Made by a program: the position numbers and the translations under genes. DNA of 64,000 nucleotides from Dicyema japonicum. Taxonomy: Eukaryota; Animalia; Dicyemida. Positions 26,421-39,539 of the stretch are shown here, piece by piece. Each line of letters starts with the position of its first letter. The stretch's first letter is position 1. A model generated the notes under the pieces. That model worked only from the letters and a program-made list of their open reading frames with translations, was not told where the DNA came from and made no database searches. The stretch lies in the NCBI GenBank assembly GCA_011109175.1, contig RDEW01000032.1, positions 216,404-280,403 of the forward strand, given 5' to 3'.

Positions 26421-27005
26421 ATGATCATCTTAATCGGAATGATTGGGTCTGGTAAATATAAAGTATCACTTTAGCTCTTTGCGCATGTCCAGAAAATTTC
26501 TCTGGCTATCGACAGGAAAATGAGTTCAATGGAGTTTGTTTTAGATATGAACTTGGAAATTTTTCTGATAATAAAGCAAATAGTGTATGCTCGCGTTTAG
26601 GTGGCCGAATGGTACGTTTAATGTAATTTTTAGGCAATAATTGATTCAATGGAAAAATCAGACTTTATTAGAACATTTTTAGGCGGCCTAGACAATGCTC
26701 CTGCAATAATTCAACTTCATATAGCTAGAGGCTATAAAACTAAAGAATTCCAGCTTCGTGGTAAATTACAAAAATTTTTGTATTTTAAAGGAAATAGAGT
26801 TGAATTTTCAGATCCGGATAATCGGTGCGTTTGTATATCAAATCAATTAAATTGGGGAGATCAGCATTGTCATTGTGAGATTGTCAGTTATGTGGGAGGG
26901 GTTTTGTGCCAATCAAGTAAAAATGATACGATATTCATAGATTCATTGGTAAATCAACCGACAGTTGGTCTCATAGAAGTAATCGACCACAACGTCGAAA
27001 AGTAA
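26421..27005 (+). CDS. Secreted C-type lectin-domain protein (5 exons, about 161 aa)
   Basis: Signal-like N-terminus. Introns 26452-26474, 26612-26633, 26761-26790 and 26917-26940. CTLD pattern CPENF...CF...C..LGGRMAII...CVCI...W.D..C...LCQ. Confidence 0.75.
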
Positions 27006-27269
27006 ATCTGTATCTAACTCAAAGCATCAACTGAGAGTATCCCACCACTAGTTATCTTAGAATCATTTTTTTTGGTAATTAATGGGGTTATGGAATTTGT
27101 TAAATTTCTGTGAAACATGGCTCATGATTTCTAAGGCTACAAAAGAATAAAATTTTAATTTTAAAATTATTCTAGTCTCCACCATGTTAGAGCTATCAAT
27201 GTTAACCAAAATGACCTGAATTATATAAAATGCTTAGACTAGGAAATTAACTGATTTTTTATATAGGGA

Positions 27270-30245
27270 GATATGTCAGATCAACCGATAAGAATCTTCT
27301 CTTCCACTTGACATGGAATACGAATTAATCCCTCCGGGAACTGCAATGGTTAAATCCCTAACGGAGGAAGACAAGAAGCCGTGCAAGACTGAAAATTCTA
27401 AATTCGCGAAAAAATTCCTATAACAATTTCCAACCAAGAACCAGACAGAACCCATACCAAGAGAGCTAAACCCGCTAGTAAAACCGCTACGAGAACGACC
27501 GCCGCCTTTAAGACATACTCAGACAACCTGACTATGAAGATCTCAGTCTACTCTGCTATGAGTGCGATTAAGATCGCTAAGTATTGTACCTTTTACAACA
27601 ATCAGGATATATGAGGATGAGCCACAGAGAATCGGGCACCTTCAGGCTCGGATTCTACAGCAACTCTGACAAGACGACTTTTATAGAAGCCTTGAATGAT
27701 GCTTGTTCCTTTGGACCGGACAGTCATCTGTTCAGAATGACATCCAAGAAGCTAATAGAGATTGTAATAAAGAACCTACTCTTCTGGGTTGAGGACAGCG
27801 ACTTCATGGACTACCTCCAAGAGATGGCTCCATCTTCTACTAAGGTCTCTCGAATGTTCAGACGAGGACTGACGCTGCCAATGGCGAAGGCGTCGATCGG
27901 AAACAAATCATAGGCCACATCGCTAGTTCGCTGGGACTTCTTCATTAAAAGAAAAGTAATCGCTTGCCATTGGATGTGAAGAGAACCTTTGTTATAGCTG
28001 CAGCAAGTAGGGCACTTTGCATACCAACGTAAGGAGATGAAGACGTGTTTCCGATGTGCAGGCTAACACAATATCTCGGAATGCAAGATGGATCCGGGAG
28101 CACAAGCAAACTGCGTGAACTGTGGATCTTCTAAACACGTGGCAAAGTCTGGAGGATTCCACGTGATATTAGAAGCTAAACATAAATTTGATGCTCCCAA
28201 CAGCAAAACGGAATCCAGACAGAAGGAAAAGACTAAAGTTGAATGCAACAAGTAAACTCCGCTGAGAATAATCACCGAATCAATGAAAACAGGAGAGAGA
28301 ATATGAATAATCGGCCCCTGCAATATTAGCAATGAATCGGTTCGACTTGGCAAATCAAAATGATATGCCTGAAAAAATTTCAAAAGAGTTAGGAGATATA
28401 ATCTCAAGGATAAAACAACTGAGCAAAGTCCATGATGTGGATATAAGAAAGATGCTGAACCTGACAACGGAGAGCCCAGGCCACCTAAAAAACAATTGAG
28501 AAGTCTGAAGATAGTGCTGGTGAATGCCCGATCCTTGAGGAAGAGGCATCATGATCTACCACTACTTTTAACAGCAAACCAGGATTGGCGTTCTGGTGGT
28601 CAATGAGACCAATATGGAAAAGACTAACACTACTAAACTGGAGGGATTCGACTTTATAGAAATACAGTGCGCGGATTAAGCCGCGGTTGACACTGAAACC
28701 ACCTTGTTCACCCAGATGACCTATAAACACGGAACCCGAATATTATCTCCGCCACACAATGCGAATTCGTGTCCATTGCTGTGGCTGTAGATAAACATTG
28801 GGGGCATCTACTCGAAGGACATCAGAATTGTTCTACACAGAATATATCTTTTTTTGAAAAAAACGATATGTCAATTCTGGTGGGCGACCTAATCGGCAAG
28901 AACATTAACTACGAATGCTACAGTACTAATGGGGACAGACGAAGACTAAAAATCCCTGGTGAGAGAGTCAGGTTGAGATCATGACGTCGGAGGACCCAAA
29001 CCATTTCTCTCACCACGGAGGAGAGATGCTTGGTGTGTCCCTTATATCATCACTTTACACTTACGTGGAGAGGCCGAGGACTATGTGGGACTGTCTGGAC
29101 TATGTGGACGGGGCCGATCAGCCTCATATGCTCTATCTCCAAGATTATTGAGCGAATTGTCTTCAAGAGGCTGAGTCGGCATATTGAAGCGAGCGATTTC
29201 CTCCTCGCGGAACAATGGGGCTTCAGTCCCGGAAAATCTACGGATTGCATACACCAAATGCATTCGGAAGTACAGAATGGATAGAGATTCAAGAGACAAG
29301 TAACCATGGTATGCCTGGACCTATCCAAGGCCTTCGATAGCGTGTTGCATGAAGCCTTCCTGTCAATGCTTGTGGCTGCAAATATTCAAAACAACTTCTC
29401 ATATGACTAAGAGATTTTCCAACAGGACGGACTTCTCAAGTGCCGATTGGAGGAAATGTATCCGAAGACGTTTTTCTTAAGAGGGGTGTTCCGCAGGGCT
29501 TTGTCCTGAGCCCCCTACTGTTCAACATCTTCTTATCAGCCCTCCCAACTCCGTCGGACTTTAACTCTAAACTATCAATATACACGGACGACATCTAAAT
29601 CATGGATATGTCTCGGAGGTTGACGCTCTCCGAGAGAAGACTCAGGATATTTATTGACTGGGTGAAAGACTAGTGTATCCGGAGAGGGATGAAACTTTCA
29701 ACAGAAAAGTCAAACTTTATGAGAATCAGCCGTTTACGAAGCCATCACGTACAGCCTTATACACTAAAAATTCCAAGAGTTCGTTCGCTTCGCTACCTGG
29801 GTGTAGTAGTTGACCAGGAAGGCTCATTTCTTAAGTGCAACAAGCTGTGGAAGAAAAAGGCGCTGCAGACGGTCCTCTGCACATGCAAGATGGACGTCAG
29901 TACGGAGACCTTCCCCTTCATTTTTATGAGGATAATCCTACCAAAGCTATTGTATGGGTCCGAAGCATGGTTTCTATCCACGAAAAAGGAAAGGATATTA
30001 TCAATACTGGAGAACTCTAGAAGATCTGCCTTTCAAGTTAGTCCTGAGGAAGAGGCTACGCGAAGTCTTTAGCTCTGAGAGAGACGGGATCTTTGCCCCA
30101 ATGAAGCAAATAGTGGAAAACAGGATTTGTGGATTCCTACGTAAGAACCAATATTAAATATTGAGATGGGGACGTCAGAAGTGTCCAAGCTGCAAAGGGG
30201 GACTAGTTAATACCACTATACCTAACTCCTAATCCGGTTTTGTAA
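27270..30245 (+). mobile_element. Decayed I/Jockey-group LINE (ORF1 zinc knuckles, APE, RT)
   Basis: CFRCAG.H....C and CVNCGSSKH near 28050-28150. LKIVLVNARSL near 28505. PISLICSISKIIERIV, DLSKAFD, GVPQG and YTDD at 29110-29600. Confidence 0.85.
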
Positions 30246-31034
30246 TAAAGTTTTTCGGTTCGGTGACATCTGAGCAAACCACCCCTTTTTACCGACATAC
30301 GTAGATAAAGTTGATGATGTAAAAAATGTCGTCTCTTTCTTCTGCACCCTCTCCGAATTGACAGCAAGGCTTATTGGAACGCATTAGATAACGGTGTTGA
30401 CATTTACATGAGCTTCTAGTTTTATGTCAAAATGTTGTTAGTTAGCCAGAAAAGTTCATTCAAAGTTTTGGATTTCTGCAAAGGAATCCTATCTAGAGCC
30501 TTTGAAATCCCTAATCAATAAGAACGAGATGTGTCTTTTAACCAAAAGGACCCCACTTCTTTGCTCAATACGTCACTTTATGAGCTTGAATGAGGAATTT
30601 CAGACAAAGATGTAGCCTTTGATAGAACAGCACGTGAGTTAGTATGGCAACACTATGGTCTTTATATTTTTTAGCATGACCGTCATGTAATTTTAGCTTT
30701 TCTTAGTCGTATCTTCGATTTTTAGTGGTGCTTTAGATCAAGTTAAATATTCTATTTATTCAATCGTTTGATAGCAATTATGCTTATTTTTTCTGATGAG
30801 TATATTTATTTTAATAAAAAAATTAAGTTCAAACCTACTTTAAATGAACTTGAAAGGTTTGACGAGTTACGACTAAAATAAACTTTTCAGAAATTTGTCG
30901 AATTTTCACGAATTTTGAATCCAAATGATCCAAAAACAGGATGGCTTTGTATTTTAACCAACATGATTCAATCGTTTAGATAGACAATTTATTTTGTTCG
31001 GTATGCAATGTTTATTTTGATGAGGCTTTATGGA

Positions 31035-31830
31035 AAACAGGGTACACTCTCAATGAGATTTGGTGGTCTTGGATTCGCTGCTCTCAGATGTTTCTCTTGC
31101 CTCGTATTTTTCTTATGAAGAGGCTTTGAATACGTCGGTCAGGAGAATTCTACACTCTTCTCCTGAATTCTCAATCGACCAGGATGTCAGTCAAGCTTGT
31201 AACCATTTTATTTGTTCTCATTCTATCCAAGATTCGTAGCGCAGACTGCACGATGTTGTTCAAAAACCTCAAACCAGCAACGTTGTTTCTGCATGTTGTA
31301 TGGAGATTCTACGAGAGTGGGGCCTGGCTCAACGCCATGTTCCACGTCCGGTGACAGATCGACGGCTTCTATCTACACCCACTATCCTGTATAAAGGAGT
31401 GCTGTAAGGTCTCCCAGACACAAAGCCCTAAACGAAGTCGTCAGGCGGTCTATAGATGCAGCTGGTTATCTTCTCTGCTAGAACCTATCTGTTTATGCAG
31501 TAATTATAGAAAACGACAAAACGGGATGTTCGACTTTCTGTTTGAAGCCAAGAGCCTCTGTCTAGGACGTCACTAGTCGGACACATATGTTGCGAGCGAT
31601 ATTTGCTAGAGTGCATCCAAACCTTGCTCGGTCGAGGCAAAAACCTAAATCTAGGAAAATAGAATTATGCTGATGGATTATGTTTACTCTTCTCGTTGTG
31701 GAAACATTCGGTACTCTCGACGCTGGAATTTCTAAATCAACTAGGGAGTCTGCGCTTGTGAACCCTACTGACTATTCGAGCGTGTTTCGCTTGCAATTTG
31801 AGAGTAAATAGCAATGCGTTTTAAGGTTCT
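31035..31830 (+). mobile_element. CRE-clade (RLE-type) non-LTR retrotransposon C-terminal remnant
   Basis: TLSMRFGGLG, ESGAWLNA, RHKALNEVVRRS..AAG and VVETFG motifs in order, across frameshifts. Confidence 0.75.
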
Positions 31831-31959
31831 TCATTTACTTAATTATATGGAATAATGCTTTTTAATTAAAAAAACTTTAAAAAAAAATTTAAAAATAATT
31901 TCTACTATTAAGCAGTTTATTGTGATTTACTGGCTTCTGTCTGAACGTACTTGATGTGT

Positions 31960-33290
31960 TACTTCAATTCAACATTTGTTGATGTGTTGCGATTTCAACG
32001 CGAAACATCCGAACTTGGAACAAAAGCCAAATGCAGGGCCAGAGGAAAATATCCTTCTCATAATTCTTAACGACTATCGAATGAACACAAGAACTCTTTA
32101 TAGCTTATGACAACACGACTTCACCTGATTTGACCCTCGCCACCCTAACATTGCTTTTTCTTGCCAACTGCTCTGTTATTTATGACTTACGGAGCCACCA
32201 CAATCCTATCTTAATCGGATGAAGGACACACTCATCTCTGATAGAAGATTACTTTCTTTAATTACAGAAACGTTAATTGGAGAGGTTCCGAGCAATACGT
32301 CGACAGGGTGGTGGATAAAGAAAATTTGTACAAAAAAGGAATGGAGAAAACTCACCTCCGTGTTTTACAATCATAGGTCCCTGTCGATTATGTGGAACAC
32401 CCTCTCGAAGATCTAAAACCCGGAGAAGAGAAACAGTTCTGATCTCAGCAAATAGGAATTCGATAGAATAATGAAGTTCTTAGCTCAGAGCAGATACTTA
32501 CCTCATCAAAAGTACGAGGGTTCTCCATGGCATTGATAAAACCAAGATGTCGTCATGATCATATATCATTCTCACAAATGGAGGTCGAAACAGATATACA
32601 ACATATTCATAAATAGAAACACAATTCCAACAATTTGGGGAGTTGCCCCACATCCACCCAGTACAGAAACCTGGACAACCAAAAAAGTCCCCTTCTCATC
32701 GACCAATGTCCCTATTATGCGAATTGTCAAAAATTCTTGAAAAATGGTCTTGTACCGATCTTCCCACATTTCCTAAAGAACCCTCCCACTGCGAATTCAA
32801 GAAAACCTTTTTACAAGTGCGCACCCCCAAAACTTACAAATTTTATTTTTAGCTTATTCTTGCACGATATTCCAATCGGTTAGGACGAAAATTCGATAAT
32901 CCTTGTGCATGCCGATGACATAATTTATGCTTGCAAAAGAAAAGTCCTCGACTTATCTTTTTACGTCGAAAAGAAGGCTATCAAGTTATACCACCAAACT
33001 ATAAGTTATGTATGTGCAGTTTGGGGGACAAAAGTGCCAGAACAAACATGGATAAGATCAACTCCACTCAATCCAGTATGACCAAAACAATTTCTCAAAT
33101 CACAGGACTATTAATAAAGTCACCCTATTTGAGGTTTTTGTGAGGTAATCCGGCGGCATATTCACCCAAAATGGAACGGTGTTATCGAAAATGTGTCGGT
33201 TTCCAAGAGCAATACTGGTAAAAGCTGAGAGAAGTCGGGATCACTTGATGGCGTTTTTCTTTTAATTAGTGTTTACTTGGTGATTTTTTG
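31960..33290 (+). mobile_element. Heavily deleted I-group LINE (EN end, RT pieces, 3' end)
   Basis: PDLTLA...SxHNPIL endonuclease end, RPMSLLCELSKILEK, HADD and a 3' end like family copies. Confidence 0.65.
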
Positions 33291-33544
33291 CTCATTAATA
33301 ATAATGGTTGTAGTGAAACAAACAATATGTTCAATTCCCATAACTAGCTATTTGTCGAATATTTCTTTGCTTCTACTAGAGCAGCACCGGTGATTCATCT
33401 CCCTCAAGTCACAGGAAAAGGATAACTCTCTCTTTTCGACTGAACTTTTTCTTCTCGTTCTGCTGGTTCTGGGTGGACTTTGTGATATCGAAAGATCTCG
33501 CTGCACTTGTGACCGTGGGAACTGAATACATTTAATTATTCTAA

Positions 33545-34165
33545 TGTTTAAGATGTGTCTCATTCTGATCAGAAAAAATTTCTTTGGCTATTCTCAGCCA
33601 AATTAGTTCAAAGGAGTTTGTTTAAGATATAAATTCAGAAATGTTTCTGACGATGAAGCAAGTATTACATGTTCGCTCTTTGGTGGTGAAATGGTAAATT
33701 CAAAGTAATTTTTATGCAATAATTGATTCTTAGGAGAAATCAGACTTTGTTGGAAAATTTTGAGGCTACCTAGATGTTTCTGCGACAATCCTATTTCATA
33801 TAGCTAGAGGCTATAATACTAAAGAATGGCAGTTCAGTGGTTGTATTTCAAATCAATTAAATTGGAAAGATCTACCTTGTGACTGTCAGACATGTTGGAG
33901 GGGTTTCGTGCCAGACAGGTAAAATGATACAATATTCATAGATTCACTGGCAAATAAGTCAGAAATTAGTCCCATAACAGGTCCATCGACCACAAGTTCG
34001 AATAGAGAATCTGTACCTAGGTCAACTGCATCAACTAGGAATTTCATACCACTAGACTATCTTGGAAAACAGTAACATACTAATCATTTAGTCCTTGCGG
34101 TAATAATTAATGGGGTTGTGGGATTCTTTATATTTTCTGTAACAGGCAAAGTACGCTGCCTACCA
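33545..34165 (+). pseudogene. C-type lectin paralog, decayed, retaining S/T stalk and TM segment
   Basis: Collinear with 26421-27110. It has stops, an internal deletion, a stalk SPITGPSTTSSNRES and a TM ILAVIINGVVGFFIFSV. Confidence 0.8.
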
Positions 34166-35329
34166 ATGCAAGAAAAGAGAAGATCTCTAGTCTTTGTAGT
34201 TGTGAAAACCCCTCAAGTGGAGTGGAAAGAGCAAACACTCTTTTTCCGACTACCCTATCCCTGGGTGTTCCTCAGACAAATGGATCCAATAAAGCCACTT
34301 ACTACTATAGCACTTTTGTCCCACTAAGCACTTATAGTATCCCTTAGGTAAGTATAGTATCCCATAAAAGAACGAGGAACAGAAGGAACGAAAAAACGTG
34401 AGAGGAATCTTTCTCATCCGGTATATTCACAATTTCATTGATTTTATAAGATTTCGTAATTTTTAAAAAACTATAAAGTGCGGATTTATCACTGCGAATC
34501 TGGACAAGTCTAGAAGTTTAGACAAGTCCTGCCTTTTAAGCTTTACAAGTCGCTGGGATAAGCAGTTTTTTAAGCATAGACATCACTTGTTGGACATGCA
34601 TACTCAGACTGTTAGATGAGCGTTATTACAGGAAAAAACATTTAAGAGTATAATCTTTTGGAGAGAAAATAGTGTAATGTCCACCGCGAAATAGTTGTGA
34701 GAATCTTCAAGGAATAATACACTAAGAAAGAAAGGCTGAATAGTCCGTTCGATGCCATTTCGGCATTGGATGGGACAGATGAAACACGTGGCGCCTGACT
34801 AATCAGAATCAGGAATAAAAGAAAAAGGAATAGAAGCTTTTGACTAAGTGCTCTGCAGAAGTCGACCCATGGTATCGCCTTAGTAAAGTAACTCAGCCGT
34901 CACTAGTCTGTAAAAGACCAGCGGCTATTATGTATGATTCAGATTCCACGAATGTGAAGCGTTTAGGTCTAAAACATAAAAATATAATTTAATTTTTTTT
35001 ATGTTTTTATTTTTTAAATAATTTTAAATATTTATTTTGCATGCTCTTGTTATCTCACACTTAGTAGTTATAACTTTAACATTTCTATTAATTCAATGAT
35101 GTCTGGAATTGCCGTATGATTTGGTGATTACATTTATAATCTCTGAGAATCATGTATTAATGTAAATGAATCAAATTATTCCATAGCCTCATGATTTATA
35201 GTTTTCTTATAATCATAGTGATAATAGCCCTTTACGTAGAGGCGTACTAATATTTCATTACTAAACCTTTATTTATTAACCCCTGCCTTACAATCCTTTT
35301 GGTAAGCCCAGCACAAGCAGTAATAACTA

Positions 35330-35935
35330 ATTTATCCAAGGGAGAACGTCTGCTCGTGTCGACCAAATCCATTCGCCAATAGTCCATTATACGTTTCTGA
35401 AAAGAGGTGTAGAAGTAGGTCTGCGGTCTTCCATTTTCATTGAATGTCCTACCGTCGCGGACATCACTTAATTCTACGACGGAAAGGTTTTGATAATTGT
35501 TATCTTAGAAAGATCCTTTGTTCTGAAGTGCGAAAAGAGGATCAATGTTTTAAAATGTTTATCTGGAATATGGAAGACAGGTAACCACCCAGTCTTGATG
35601 AACATTTACAAGCAATACATCGAACCATGCTTCTCGTACGCGTGTGTTTCGTGGGGACCTTCATTATCATGGAAGGCTTTCAGGACGTTCAAAAGAAGGC
35701 TTTCAGAATGACGGAGCGATGGTCTTGTGGGAGACACAGAACCGGACCGACTACTCTGGAGGCCCTCATTAAACAAAACTCCGGCATGCGGGAAGGTGGC
35801 CCTGCAAATACAGTCAGCCGCCCTGTACGAGCTTGTGTGGGTACGAGGGAGGAGCACCGGGAAAGAATGAGGATTTTGGCGGAGCGCATCGAGATCACGT
35901 GATAGTTAGTTTTGGTTTTACCGTGGTCTTAGGGG
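35330..35935 (+). mobile_element. LINE ORF2 C-terminus and 3' end
   Basis: KRINVLKCLSG...NIYKQYIEPCFSYACVSWG and the 3' motif tagttttggttttaccgtggt shared with about 60985-61000. Confidence 0.7.
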
Positions 35936-37298
35936 ACTCGTCGCCTTACAAATGGGATCTTTTTAACGAGTCTCCTTCGGATTAGAACCCACCGCTGCAA
36001 TCCGATGTCATCAGACTTTACGTTCACCAAAACCTTTATTTTGGCAGGACACATGTCTTATTCTAAGAGCAAATGGACAGTCGTTAATCAACAGTAAGAA
36101 AGGGACCAAGGCATCAGGATATTTTAAACTTTTTTATTTTAGGTTGAATGCGAATTCCTAGCAGGTTACGAATGACTCGTCAATACATAAGACTGTCGAT
36201 GCATGAAACCTTCAGCTCAGTACAGTTAAAGTCCTCATCTCTTTATTGTGATATAACCTCTCGTCCCAAAGGAAACATCAGACGCACCAATGTCTGGTTC
36301 GAATCTCATTCGCCCCAAAACGGAGTTGCTTTGAAAAGTCTGCTTTGAGGAGAAATAAGGGAATTATTAGTCACAAATATGAAGAAACAAACTTTCTACC
36401 AAACAATTATAATACGGTTTGCTTGTTAGTGCAAAAAAGGATCAACGACTTTAGGAAGACATGTTTGATTTCTTTATCGGTCAGCATCACAATACAACTT
36501 TAATCCGAAAGAGGTAGTTTGGCACTGTCATGTATCTACCACTAGGCAAACTATTTCGTAGTTGCTTGGTAGAGGAGAAAGGTTGTGTCTGCTCACTACG
36601 AATGCTGAGTTTACCTCGCAGAGACCAACATGAAAACCAACTTCCATTGCTACAAAATTGAAGATAAAGGCTTGTATCATAGTGAAGCTAAGAAGACATT
36701 CTGACAATAGAGGTACGTCACCGCCTCAACCATCCGACAAATTAACTGTCTACAAGATTCCGATAAGAAATGTCTATAAATTTATTTTTTAACAAAAAAA
36801 GTTGAGAAACTTATTTTCGATAAATTTAAATTTTTATTTTTCTAAAAAAATTTAAAAACCACACAAAAATCAATTTCTATTGTAGTGGTGCTGAAAGAAT
36901 TTTAGCGTGGAACATTTAATAAGAATTCCTCAAATGGAAACTCAGCTACAATTCAAATTTGTACCACACGAGATTCGAATCCAGACATTTGCTGAAACCC
37001 GATATTATGAACAATAGAAGCGTCGGATGCACATTGGACCCATCAGCGAATCTCGTGCATTTAAAAATTGGAAAAAATGAGAATTATCTATGATTAGTTG
37101 CATACGGGATGATGGTGGAAACGGACATTCATCCCCGGAGCATATCTCCCTTGCAGACATTAAAGGGAATTGTCATGAGTCAGGACCACAGGTTTTTTTA
37201 TTACTGACAATTACCACACAGACTGGTTAAAATGTCATGGATACTGCCACATAAATTTTCGGATATAAATACAGCGAATTAACTCGAATGGAAAAATA

Positions 37299-37550
37299 AT
37301 GCGATTTGTAGTATTTTTTGGTATATTAAATATTTCATGCTTAGTCCTCTTTGCTCTTCTTTTGACCTTCACAGCCCAGGCTGATTCTTCTGTATTAATG
37401 AAACTATAATATATTAGACTAATGCTACCACCAATGCTACTACGGTAGCTCCAAATGGACTGACTAGTGGAATTCTTGCAAAATGTAGTTTACTGTAAAC
37501 ATGTAGATGTGATCCCAAGTACTCTACTTGGATACTTGCTCTTTAACTAA
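37299..37550 (+). CDS. 59-aa signal peptide + Thr/Asn-rich micro-ectodomain + GPI-like tail (CD52/CD24-like architecture)
   Basis: Exons 37299-37320, 37345-37391, 37418-37484 and 37507-37550, with 24-, 26- and 22-nt GT-AG introns, splice in frame. TATAAA at about 37264. Confidence 0.75.
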
Positions 37551-39539
37551 CAAGCTTGTCACATTTGGGTTCGTTATAAACTAATATTTTGACTTGTTAT
37601 TTTTTTTACAATTCGAATATTTAAGTGAATTTTGTTTTTGGTTACTTTAAGTCTTTCGGTGTTTTCCCCTCCACCCCACTGAGCGGTTCCTACACGGTGG
37701 ACAGTGCCGCGGTTCATCTGTCTTGAAGATGCGAGTATAAAATTAGTTTAGAGCCCAGACAGTCAAAGTAGGTGACTTTTATGTGATATTTTGCGATTTT
37801 TAAATTACTAGTGACACTAATGAGCGTCCAATTGGGGACCCGCCATTTGCCGAAAACTACTAATTTCACTAATTTTCTGAAAAAACTACGTATTTTAATT
37901 CTAAGTCGACAGTAACTCGGTTTATTCAATTATTTTCAATATTTCTAACAATGTTGTAAATAATTGACAGTGAAACAAAAACAACAACAAAAACCTACTT
38001 CAAAAATCTGACACATTTTTAACTTCCATCATATTTTCAAACGGTGTTCTGTGAAACAATTTCGTGTGTGCAGACACCTCTAGAAAAATTACGATTACTG
38101 TGGCGCAAAAATAATTTTTTTGAAAACCTCTCCCCTAACCTTAAAAATAACCCGAAAGATTTATTCATGAACCCTTTCCTAAACCCTAATTTAAAATTCT
38201 ACGACATTTTCAGGCCGACAGAAACCTTAACCAAAACCTTAAACGTAATCACTGCCCCAACCTAACGCATCAACCTAATCTTAACCGTAACTGTCTCCTC
38301 GGGAAACGACAATTAAACTTTTCTTAGTGATTCTTCGTTTCACAACAAACATTTTTTTTAACGACAACTAAAATTTTCTTAGTGATTCTTCGTTCCGTTG
38401 CTATCTGAGAGACAACATGCTTCAATTATTTTTTATTTATAGTTCGCGGTTACTTAACAAAGGAAAAATTCCTTTTCTAGAAGCTATTGAATTTTCTTGT
38501 CTTTTCCTGTACCAGTTTGATCAATCTGTTGTTTGATTGACAATTTAAACTTGGGATGTCTCTTCAAAGACTGTTAATCATTTTACTTCAGTATTCATCA
38601 CTTGAAACCAATAAATCTCGAAATCCACTGAGTTGCAGATTTAAATGATGAACGTATATTGGTGGAGGAATTCGAGCAAAGATGGACAGTCCTTGTAGTT
38701 ATAGGAACAGATTTTTTATGTATCTTAAACTGGGAGTACGTGAGAAAGGTGAATGATAAAACGGTACTCTGGTAGAACAATGTAAGGAATGGAGGAAACG
38801 ACGGGAAACTTGCGACCAAGTAGTAAGTGGAGGGGATCACACCCAAGTTCACTGCTGTATGACCTCCTTGCCACTAAGCAGGCATGTTTCTTGGTATAGA
38901 ATTAGCCAGTACATCAAATGGGGGACATTCAGTTATTGGAGCAATTTGTTCAGTATATTTGGAATTTATTAGTTTTCTTAGAAAGCCATTTTCATTCCAA
39001 TTTGTAGCTTTCTGATAGAGTAGGCTCAACAACTTTATTTAAACAATCAATTCGAGGACCATACGGCTGCAACCCTAACGGTCTGGGTATACTCTCTTCA
39101 GGATTGGCAGTGAGATTCGCTCAAATAGTCACCATCGCTCGCAGAGATCGTCTCGAAATCTGATTCCTTAGTCGACCCAGGAAAGCGAGAGTCGAAGTCA
39201 CAAAGGTACCGGACGTTTGTATTTCCAGTGGAAAGAACAAAACATCGACGGTTTTGGTCTTTCGGTTTTCTCTCGACCGACAGGTTCTCGAGGCACTTCT
39301 AGCTGTTTTATTTATATCAGCTGATAAAGGATAATATATCTGATTTCCTACAATTTATTTAAAATTTCAACGTGTAAGAAATCTGGGGTTTCTGAGAGGA
39401 GGATATTACGGGTTTTTCTTCCAACCGATTTCTGTAGAAACAACTAAAGTGCTTAACCCAGCATATAGAATTCGTCGAATCAATGGGCTGATTTACAGCT
39501 AAAATGCATTGGCTTAGGATCATGAGGAGTAATCCATTC

